Part shown: piece after piece, positions 26,428 to 33,685 of the stretch
Numbering within the stretch: position 1 is the stretch's first letter
Layout: each line of letters begins with the position of its first letter
Assembly: GCA_947303105.1 (NCBI GenBank)
Contig: CAMYXQ010000001.1
Span: 1 to 33,685 of the forward strand
DNA from: an uncultured Bacillales bacterium
GTDB taxonomy: Bacteria; Bacillota_I; Bacilli_A; RFN20; CAG-826
Direction of reading: 5' to 3'
DNA length: 33,685 nucleotides
Notes under the pieces: generated by a model
What the model saw: the letters and a program-made list of their open reading frames with translations, nothing else
Told to the model about the DNA's origin: nothing
The model's database searches: none
Position numbers and translations under genes: made by a program

Positions 26428-27785
26428 TGGGAGAAAAGTTTCATAAACGCATAGAGCGCGCAACCTGCGCGGATTTGTCATATGAAGGAAAAGGCGTCTG
26501 CCGCATAGAGGACGGCGTCGTTTTCGTTGATTTCATCCTGCCCGGGGAAGAGGGTGACATCGAAATTGATTACCGGCGGAACGGCCAACTATTCGGTCAC
26601 GTCAAAAAGATCGCGGTTCCATCTCCCGATCGTATTTTCCCAGAATGCCCGGTTTGCTATGCCTGTGGCGGTTGCTCTTTCCAGTGGTATCGTTACGAAG
26701 CCGAACTTCGTTACAAACAACAGAAAGTCAAAGAGCAATTCCGGAAACTTGCCGGAATGGATGTCGATGTGCTTCCGACCATCGGAATGGAAGAACCACG
26801 CTATTACAGAAACAAAATCCAACCTTTGGTTGGAAATGATGAAGAAGACCACACTTATACCGGGTTCTATAAAGAAGGAACGCATCACATCGTTCCGGTG
26901 GAACGGTGCCTAATTGAGGACGAACGGGCCTCCAAAATTCTGAAAGTAATCCGCGATCTTTTGGATCGATTCCACATTCCCGCTTACGACGAGCACGCTC
27001 GTTTCGGTGTGATGCGCCGGATTCTTATCAAAACTTCTTACCATTATCCCGAGATCATGGTCGTCCTGATCACGGCGGCGGAACGGTTCCCACAAAAAGA
27101 TCGTTTTGTCGAAGCGTTGATCAAAGAGTGCCCCGAAAGAACCACCATTGTGCAGAATATCAATAACTCGCCAAGCTCCGTCATTTTAGGTGAGTGGGAA
27201 CGAGTTTTATTTGGTTCGGGGATTATCCGCGATTCCATTGGCGATCTGACTTTCCGCATTTCGGCGAAATCGTTCTATCAAACCAATCCCCAAATGGTGG
27301 AGATCCTCTATGCGAAAGCGATGGAATTCGCCCATCTCAAACCGACCGACGTTGTGTATGATGCCTATTCCGGCACCGGCACCATCGGATTGATGGCGGC
27401 CAAACACGTTAAAAACGTGGTGGCGGTCGAAATCGTCAAAGAAGCGGTGGAGGACGCCGTCCGCAACGCCCAAGACAACCGCATCAATAATTATTCCGCC
27501 CATGTTGGAGATGCCTCATCTTTCCTAAAGGCCATGGCCTCGCGCGGCGAGAAAGTTGACGTGCTATTCATGGACCCGCCGAGAAAAGGCAGCAACCCGG
27601 TTTTTATGGATGCCGTTATGAAAATGAAACCCTCTCGGATTGTTTACGTTTCTTGTGACCCATCGTCGCTGGCTCGAGATGTCAAATACCTGTCAAAACT
27701 ATACAAAGTGGGCCGAATCCAGCCCATTGATATGTTCCCGAGAACCACCCATGTCGAAACCGTTGCAGAGTTGTGCTTAAAATAG
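26427..27785 (+). CDS. rlmD: 23S rRNA (uracil-C5)-methyltransferase, RumA/RlmD family
   Basis: N-terminal TRAM-like domain, Fe-S cluster cysteines (CPVCYACGGCSFQ plus a later C), SAM-binding fold DAYSGTGTIG, and C-terminal catalytic region VYVSCDPSSLARD. The start overlaps the metG stop (TAATG). Confidence 0.88.
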   Translation: MGEKFHKRIERATCADLSYEGKGVCRIEDGVVFVDFILPGEEGDIEIDYRRNGQLFGHVKKIAVPSPDRIFPECPVCYACGGCSFQWYRYEAELRYKQQKVKEQFRKLAGMDVDVLPTIGMEEPRYYRNKIQPLVGNDEEDHTYTGFYKEGTHHIVPVERCLIEDERASKILKVIRDLLDRFHIPAYDEHARFGVMRRILIKTSYHYPEIMVVLITAAERFPQKDRFVEALIKECPERTTIVQNINNSPSSVILGEWERVLFGSGIIRDSIGDLTFRISAKSFYQTNPQMVEILYAKAMEFAHLKPTDVVYDAYSGTGTIGLMAAKHVKNVVAVEIVKEAVEDAVRNAQDNRINNYSAHVGDASSFLKAMASRGEKVDVLFMDPPRKGSNPVFMDAVMKMKPSRIVYVSCDPSSLARDVKYLSKLYKVGRIQPIDMFPRTTHVETVAELCLK

Positions 27786-27800
27786 ATTGGAGAACAATTT

Positions 27801-29003
27801 ATGAGTAAGAAGAAACCTGAAAAGTACGTGCTTCCCCGTCATCGTTTTTGGTTCGGATTCGTCCGTCCTTTGGTGAGATCGCTTTGCCGCACGAAGTGGC
27901 ATTATAAACGGACCTTTAAATACGATCTGAAACACAGTGGCCCCGTTTTCATCATCTCCAACCACCAAACGAATTTAGATCCGATTCTCATCGCCAGCCA
28001 TTTCAATCGCCCGATCTATTTTGTTGCGACCGACAATGTCGTCGCCAGCAAAGGCGTTGGCCGTCTCTTGACCCATTGCTTCGCCCCGATTCCCAAAAAG
28101 AAGGGCGCGACCGATATCCAAACCGCCGCGAAGATGTATCAGATTATCCAAGAAGGCGGTTCGGTCGGCGTTTTCCTTGAAGGAAACCGCACCTACGCCG
28201 AATTCCAATACTGGGTCAGCCCGAGCTTCCTCCGTTTTGTTCGCCAGACGAAGATCAAAGTCCTTCTCTTCGCTTTCCATGGCGGAACCGGATCGATGCC
28301 GCGTTGGGGCCACAAACCGCGCCGCGGGCCGTTCTATGGCGAAATCGCCAAAGAGATTTCTTACGAAGAATATAGCCAGTGGAGCGACGAGGAATTCCTC
28401 AAGGTCATCATGGATAACATCCGCGTCTTCGACAGCGAGTCGGGTGAGAAATTCGTCAGCCCCATGAGCGCGGAGTACTTGGAAAAATTCCTCTTCGTCT
28501 GCCCCGCGTGCGGTAAGAAAGATCAACTTCGTTCCGAAGGAACGCATTTATACTGCAATGCCTGCGGACTCGATGTCGAATATGGTGAAGACCTTCATTT
28601 CCATTCCGAGAATCCGAACTTCAAATTTAGCATCTTGAATGATTGGTATCAGTATTCTCGCGAATGGGTGAAGAACTACGAACCTGAAGAAATCATCTTC
28701 GAAGACGAAGGCACCCTCCTCCAATATCGTTATCACGAAAAGAAACAGACTTTGTATGAAGGAAAGGCCGTTCTTACACCGACAGAATTTCGATTTGGGA
28801 AGCGCGTCATCCGCGTTTCCTCCATCACGTCCGCCAGTCCGTTCTCCGGCGGCAAACTGATCTTCTCCGATGGGGAGAAAGATTACATCTTTGTCGGTCA
28901 CGAACGGTTCAACCCAGTCAAGTACGTGATGATGTTCCATCGCCTATCGCCGTCCTTCGATAAGAACGACCATTACTTCTCGTTGACAGATTCCGAAGAA
29001 TAA
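27801..29003 (+). CDS. PlsC-family acyltransferase fused to a zinc-ribbon-containing C-terminal domain
   Basis: HX4D motif NHQTNLD and block III FLEGNRT in the first ~200 aa. The ribbon CPACGKK...LYCNACG lies at nt 28500-28566, followed by about 150 aa of unassigned sequence. Confidence 0.7.
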   Translation: MSKKKPEKYVLPRHRFWFGFVRPLVRSLCRTKWHYKRTFKYDLKHSGPVFIISNHQTNLDPILIASHFNRPIYFVATDNVVASKGVGRLLTHCFAPIPKKKGATDIQTAAKMYQIIQEGGSVGVFLEGNRTYAEFQYWVSPSFLRFVRQTKIKVLLFAFHGGTGSMPRWGHKPRRGPFYGEIAKEISYEEYSQWSDEEFLKVIMDNIRVFDSESGEKFVSPMSAEYLEKFLFVCPACGKKDQLRSEGTHLYCNACGLDVEYGEDLHFHSENPNFKFSILNDWYQYSREWVKNYEPEEIIFEDEGTLLQYRYHEKKQTLYEGKAVLTPTEFRFGKRVIRVSSITSASPFSGGKLIFSDGEKDYIFVGHERFNPVKYVMMFHRLSPSFDKNDHYFSLTDSEE

Positions 29004-29030
29004 ACGCTGGTCAATCCAGCGTTTTCTTTT
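29003..29030 (+). terminator. Rho-independent terminator after the acyltransferase gene
   Basis: Stem AACGCTGG / CCAGCGTT with loop TCAAT, followed by TTCTTTT. Confidence 0.8.
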
Positions 29031-29076
29031 AAGAATTGATTGAAATTTTTCGCATAGGGGCACACTCTTTTCGCGT

Positions 29077-30862
29077 ATGTTGTTTGGGAAATACATCAAC
29101 AAATACTATCTCAAATACCTTGCGTTCTTCCTGATCGGCATCGCGGCTTTGGTCGCGGTGGACTATGTCCAAACATACATCCCTAAGTTCTTGGGGCAAA
29201 TCATCGACGAGGACAATCAGCTGATCGCGAACATGGATGAGCTTTGGAAGATCATCGGCGGTATTTTGATTTGCGCCGCGATCATGTTCGCCGGACGCAT
29301 CATTTGGCGTCTGACCATCTTCCGCGCCAGCGGTGGTATTTCGGCCGGACTTCGTCATCAGATGTTCACTAAAGCGGAACAGCTGCCGACCGGCTATTAT
29401 CACGAGAATAAAGTCGGCAACATCATGAACTGGTTTACCAACGACGTTGATGAAATCCACGAGTTCTTTGGTTGGGGAACGATCATGATGGTCGATGCCT
29501 TGTTTCTTTCCGTCATCGTCATCATCTCGATGATTCGTTTGGATCCCTGGATGACCTTAATTGCCGCCGTCCCCATTCTCCTCATTATCGTATGGGGCGC
29601 GCTCGTGGAAAAATTCATGGCGTTGCGGTGGGAGAACCGCCAAGCCGAATTCGATAAACTTTACGATTTCGCCCAGGAGAATTTCACTGGGATTCGGGTC
29701 ATCAAGGCCTTCGTCAAACAGAACCAGGAAATCCACGCTTTCGCGAAGATTGCCCGCAAAAATAAAGACGTTAATGTTGGTTTTGCGAGATTATCCGTAA
29801 TTTTCGACGTCATTATTGAGTTGATTCTCATCTTTGAAGTCGCTTTCGTTTTGGGCTTCGGTGGTTGGTTCGTTTATGCGGCCGCCACCAGCACGCCCAT
29901 TACGATTTTCGGTCATGAAATCAACCTCACCATTGGCCAGCTCATCCAGTTCGTCGGCTATATCGATTTGATCGTTTGGCCGATGATCGCTTTAGGCCAA
30001 GTTGTCACAATGCGTTCCCGCGCCAAGGGTTCGTTGCGTCGTATCAGCGCCTTCCTCGACACCCCCGTTGTGGTGCAAAGCCCCAAAGACGCCATTGTCT
30101 TAAAAGACGTGAAAGGCGAAATCCGCTTCTCCGATTTCAGTTTCACTTATCCGAGCTCAAAGATTTCTTCGCTGGACAATGTCTCTCTTACCATCAAGCC
30201 GGGCGAAACGATTGGCATCGTTGGCAAAATTGGCTCAGGCAAAACCACTTTGGTCAATTCGTTGCTTCGTCTTTATAACGTTGAGGAAGGAACGATCTTT
30301 GTCGACGGTGTCGACATCATGAAATGCGACATCGCCTCTTTGCGTGACCAAATCGCGTACGCGCCGCAGGACAACTTCTTGTTCAGCGACAAGATTGAAA
30401 ACAACATCGCTTTCTCGTCGGACCAAGTTGACAATGACAAAGTCATTGAATCGGCAAAGTTCGCGGACGTGCATGACATTCCCGAACGGATACGAAACCG
30501 TTTCCGGCGAACGCGGCGTAACGCTCTCCGGTGGTCAAAAACAGAGAATCTCGATCGCGAGAGCCTATTACAAGAACGCCCCGATTCTCATTTTGGATGA
30601 CTCCGTTTCGGCCGTTGACTTAAAGACGGAAGAAACGATTCTTCATAACATCGCCACCGAACGAAAAGGAAAGACGACCATTGTCGTCGCTTCCCGTGTT
30701 TCGACGGTGATGCATATGGATCGCGTTTTGGTGATGGACCAAGGGAAGGTGGCCGCATTCGGTTCCCACGAAGAACTGATGAAGACCTCTGAACTCTATC
30801 AGAGAATGGTCTATCTTCAGAAGCTTGAAAGCGAAGTGGAAGGAGGTGGTCGTCATGAATGA
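29077..30862 (+). pseudogene. ABC exporter (TMD-NBD half transporter, degenerate-site subunit) disrupted by a frame shift near nt 30478
   Basis: The TMD and Walker A (GKIGSGKTT) are in the frame of 29077. After ...AKFADVHD the family sequence (FPNGYETVSGERGVTLSGGQKQRISIARA...ILILDD...) continues in the +1 frame (track ORF 30344..30862). About 4 expected residues are missing at the junction. Confidence 0.7.
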
Positions 30863-32633
30863 CGAAATGGAAAGACTCCGTGGCGACCGGAAGATGAAAG
30901 CCTCCGAAATCCTCCGTCATAGTTGGCCTTATATCAAACAAGAAAAATGGGCCATCATCCTTTCCTTGTTCCTCATCGCCGTCGGCGTTGCCCTTGGCAT
31001 TGTTTTGCCGTTATTCACCAGTCGTTTCGTCGATTTGCTGAAGAATCACATCGACAGCACCCCGTTACGCATGGTGATTGGCATCGTCGCCGGCTATGCC
31101 GGCCTTGGCGTGGCCGAACAAGTCGTTTTGTATTTCCAGTCGATGATTCTCACCAAAGCCGGCGAACGCATCGTTTACCGCATGAGAACCGAAGTGTTCA
31201 CCCACATCGAAAACATGTCGCAGAACCAATTCAACGGTATGCCGGTTGGATCATTGGTTACCAGGGTGGCGAATTATACCGCCGCGGTATCCAACCTCTT
31301 CACCAGCGTTCTTGTCCATTTGATCTCCGACTTCCTGACCGCGGTTTCCGTTTTGGTCATCATGATGGTCATCTCAATCAAGCTTTCAGCCTTCTTATTG
31401 ATCTTCGCTTTGGTCGCGGGCGTTGTCTCATTCATATTTGGCCGCATCGTCGGCAAGATCTTCCGCGAAGAACGCCGCAACATTTCTGACCTCAACGCCT
31501 TCTTAAGCGAGAACCTTTCCGGTATGAAGATCACCCAAATCTTCAACCAGGAAAAACGCAAGGAAGCAGAGTTCAACGTGAAGAACGAGAATATCCGCAG
31601 GACCCACTATAAAGTGGTTGTTGCCTTCGCGTTATATCGGCCGTTCATCAGTCTGCTTTACTTCGGCGCGATCGCCGTCACCTTTGGTGTTGGCTTGAAA
31701 CTCGCTTTGGGTGCCGCCGAAATCGTCGCTTTCTATCTCTATCTGTCTCGATTCTTCAACCCGATTCAGAACATCGCCGACCAGTTGAACCACATCCAAC
31801 GCGCCATCACCGCGGCCGAAAGACTATATAGTCTTATGGAAGTGGAGCCGGAAGTGGTGGATAAACCCGACGCGATTGAAATCGACCACTTCGAAGGATC
31901 GATTGAATTCAAGAACGTGTGGTTCGCTTACGAAGGTGAGAACTGGATCCTCAAGGACGTTTCTTTCAAGATCGAACCGAAACAAACCGTTGCCTTTGTC
32001 GGGGCCACCGGCGCTGGCAAAACAACCATATTGAGCCTGATATGTAGGAATTATGAGATCCAAAAAGGACAAATCCTCATCGATGGCATCGATATCTCAA
32101 ACATCAAGATCAACTCACTCCGCAAAGCCATCGGCCAGATGCTGCAGGATGTCTTCCTGTTCTCGGGCACGATCAAAACGAACATTACCTTGCATGACGA
32201 ATCGTTCTCTGATGAAGAAGTCAAAGAGGCTTGCGATTATGTGAATGCTTCGCATTTCATCGATCAATTACCTAACGGACTCCAAGAAGAAGTCATCGAA
32301 AGAGGCGAGAATTTCTCCGCCGGTCAACGGCAGTTGCTTTCGTTCGCCCGAACCATCTTGCACAAACCGCAGATCCTCATCCTTGATGAGGCGACCGCGA
32401 ACATCGACACCGAAACCGAACTCCTCATTCAGGATTCCTTGGAACGGATCAAGAACATTGGAACCATGTTGGTTGTCGCCCATCGTTTGTCAACCATCCA
32501 ACACGCGGACAATATCATCGTTCTCCAGAACGGCCAGATTTTAGAACAAGGCAATCACCAAGAACTATTGCGCAAACGCGGACAATATTACAAGTTATAC
32601 GAGCTCCAGTACGCGGACCAAGAAGAAAGTTAA
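30855..32633 (+). CDS. ABC exporter (TMD-NBD half transporter, consensus-site subunit)
   Basis: ATG 30855 follows GGAAGGAGG and overlaps the upstream stop (ATGAATGA). Walker A GATGAGKTT, Walker B ILILDEATANID, H-loop VAHRLST, signature FSAGQRQ. Confidence 0.9.
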   Translation: MNDEMERLRGDRKMKASEILRHSWPYIKQEKWAIILSLFLIAVGVALGIVLPLFTSRFVDLLKNHIDSTPLRMVIGIVAGYAGLGVAEQVVLYFQSMILTKAGERIVYRMRTEVFTHIENMSQNQFNGMPVGSLVTRVANYTAAVSNLFTSVLVHLISDFLTAVSVLVIMMVISIKLSAFLLIFALVAGVVSFIFGRIVGKIFREERRNISDLNAFLSENLSGMKITQIFNQEKRKEAEFNVKNENIRRTHYKVVVAFALYRPFISLLYFGAIAVTFGVGLKLALGAAEIVAFYLYLSRFFNPIQNIADQLNHIQRAITAAERLYSLMEVEPEVVDKPDAIEIDHFEGSIEFKNVWFAYEGENWILKDVSFKIEPKQTVAFVGATGAGKTTILSLICRNYEIQKGQILIDGIDISNIKINSLRKAIGQMLQDVFLFSGTIKTNITLHDESFSDEEVKEACDYVNASHFIDQLPNGLQEEVIERGENFSAGQRQLLSFARTILHKPQILILDEATANIDTETELLIQDSLERIKNIGTMLVVAHRLSTIQHADNIIVLQNGQILEQGNHQELLRKRGQYYKLYELQYADQEES

Positions 32634-32692
32634 CAGCCTCTTAATATTTAGTTAATAAATATAAAGGTATTTTTAAAAACATTAGCATTTAT

Positions 32693-32706
32693 CGGAATTT
32701 CTTCCG
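32693..32706. promoter_or_regulatory. 14-bp palindrome CGGAA TTTC TTCCG upstream of the LacI-family gene (possible operator)
   Basis: 5-bp arms with a 4-nt spacer. It sits where a -35 element would lie relative to TATAAT at 32724-32729. Confidence 0.25.
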
Positions 32707-32723
32707 CTTTTTTGTTAACCGGA

Positions 32724-32729
32724 TATAAT
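32724..32729 (+). promoter_or_regulatory. Perfect -10 hexamer TATAAT 6 nt upstream of the LacI-family ATG
   Basis: GGA TATAAT GCTAGT ATG, with no Shine-Dalgarno. The predicted transcription start falls at or next to the A of the ATG. Confidence 0.5.
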
Positions 32730-32735
32730 GCTAGT

Positions 32736-33685
32736 ATGGGAACGAAAAAGCCATCGATTTATGACATCGCTGAAGCCGTTGGGGTTTCACCCGCCGCGGT
32801 TTCCTATGTCATTCATGGAAAAAACAAAGTCTCTCCGGCGACCCGTCAGCGTATTTTGGATGCGATGGAAAAAATGGGTTACACCATCGATAGAGCCGCC
32901 GCATCTTTGTCAACGGGGAAGAGCGCTTTGGTCGGCGTTTGTTTCCCGCTTCGCTCTCAATTCGAAGTCTTCTCGGACAACCCCTTCTACAGCGAATTCC
33001 TCGCCGCTTTCTCCAAAGAGGCAGCCGACCACGGCTATGATGTGGTGGTGGGTTACGTCCAATCCCCAGACACCTTCGAGAAATGGATGCTTTCCCGCCG
33101 ACTCGACGGCGTCGTCGTGTTTGGCTTATATTCGCCGGAGATCTTCAAAATCATCCGTCGTCACCATATTCCGTTCGTGCTCAGCGACACTTATGAGAAC
33201 CTGACTGATTGCAGCGTCGTTCGCGTCGCAGACGAAGAGGGCGGCTATCTGGCAGCGAGATATCTGCTCGACCAGAATCTGCACAAAATCGCCTTTGTGG
33301 GTGGCCAACTCAGCGAATCCAAAGTGGATGCCTATCGGTTTGGGGGCATGAAGCGCGCCCTCGCTGAGGAGAATTTGGAACCGGCGTACGCGCTTGAAAC
33401 GCGGACGACCTTCGATGGTGGTTATGAAGCCGCCGAGGAAATTTATAAGAATCTCGGAAAGATCGATGCCGTTTTCTGCGGTTCGGACATCGTCGCCATC
33501 GGTTTGATGCGCCGCCTTCAAGAGCTTGGCGTCTCCATTCCGGACGACATTTCGGTGATTGGATTCGACAATCTCCAAGCCACCACCTACGTATATCCGG
33601 CCTTAACAACCATCGCTCAAGACATCTCTGCCAAAGGCCAGTTTGCCGCTGATAGCATCTTCCATTTGATTGAAGATCCATCTTC
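32736..33685 (+). CDS. LacI-family transcriptional regulator (3' end outside the window)
   Basis: This gene is not in the supplied ORF track. Manual translation from ATG 32736 stays open to the window end: MGTKKPSIYDIAEAVGVSPAAVSYVIHGKNKVSPATRQRILDAMEKMGYTIDRAAASL... followed by a periplasmic-binding-fold core (...VDAVFCGSDIVAIGLMRRLQELGVSIPDDISVIGFDN). Confidence 0.88.
   Translation, partial: MGTKKPSIYDIAEAVGVSPAAVSYVIHGKNKVSPATRQRILDAMEKMGYTIDRAAASLSTGKSALVGVCFPLRSQFEVFSDNPFYSEFLAAFSKEAADHGYDVVVGYVQSPDTFEKWMLSRRLDGVVVFGLYSPEIFKIIRRHHIPFVLSDTYENLTDCSVVRVADEEGGYLAARYLLDQNLHKIAFVGGQLSESKVDAYRFGGMKRALAEENLEPAYALETRTTFDGGYEAAEEIYKNLGKIDAVFCGSDIVAIGLMRRLQELGVSIPDDISVIGFDNLQATTYVYPALTTIAQDISAKGQFAADSIFHLIEDPS

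Noticed and set aside
32728-33204. 158-aa plus-strand ORF listed in the track
   Set aside because: It is out of frame with, and fully inside, the clearly recognisable LacI-family gene that starts at 32736. Its translation has no features.

Overview
This window covers the chromosomal replication-origin region of a Bacillota / Mollicutes-like bacterium. The taxon is an inference from three things: Firmicute-type dnaA-dnaN-yaaA-recF-gyrB-gyrA synteny, a minimal ~80-nt SRP RNA, and the standard genetic code (TGA is used as a stop). Coding density is very high and genes sit in tightly packed units.

Gene order:
1. dnaA (3' part), a candidate oriC unwinding module, then dnaN and its terminator.
2. 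yaaA-recF-gyrB-gyrA, a GT4-like ORF and serS, with gaps of 12 nt or less or overlapping start/stop codons.
3. SRP RNA (ffs) and tadA.
4. A ~9.3-kb plus-strand unit with no internal terminator: fused MacB-type ABC transporter, P-type ATPase, psuG, TetR-like regulator, Fe-alcohol dehydrogenase, and an S2P/M50-like membrane protein.
5. A convergent minus-strand cluster: araC-family regulator, tldD, pmbA, and an AbiEi/DUF6088-like wHTH gene.
6. rpmE, then metG, rlmD-like and a PlsC-like acyltransferase.
7. A heterodimeric ABC exporter pair whose first gene is frame-disrupted.
8. A LacI-family gene running off the 3' end. It is absent from the supplied ORF track and was found by manual translation.

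I found no CRISPR array, tRNA, rRNA, transposase, integrase or phage genes. I see no convincing multi-gene novel system.

The observations most worth follow-up are:
- a solitary AbiEi-like gene placed after a TldD/PmbA protease pair;
- an S2P-like protein with LExxH in place of HExxH;
- two frame disruptions (the P-type ATPase 3' end and ABC exporter gene 1);
- a recurring -10 element directly before the ATG, which suggests leaderless transcripts;
- a PlsC / zinc-ribbon fusion.

All homology calls rest on motifs read by eye. No database search was possible.
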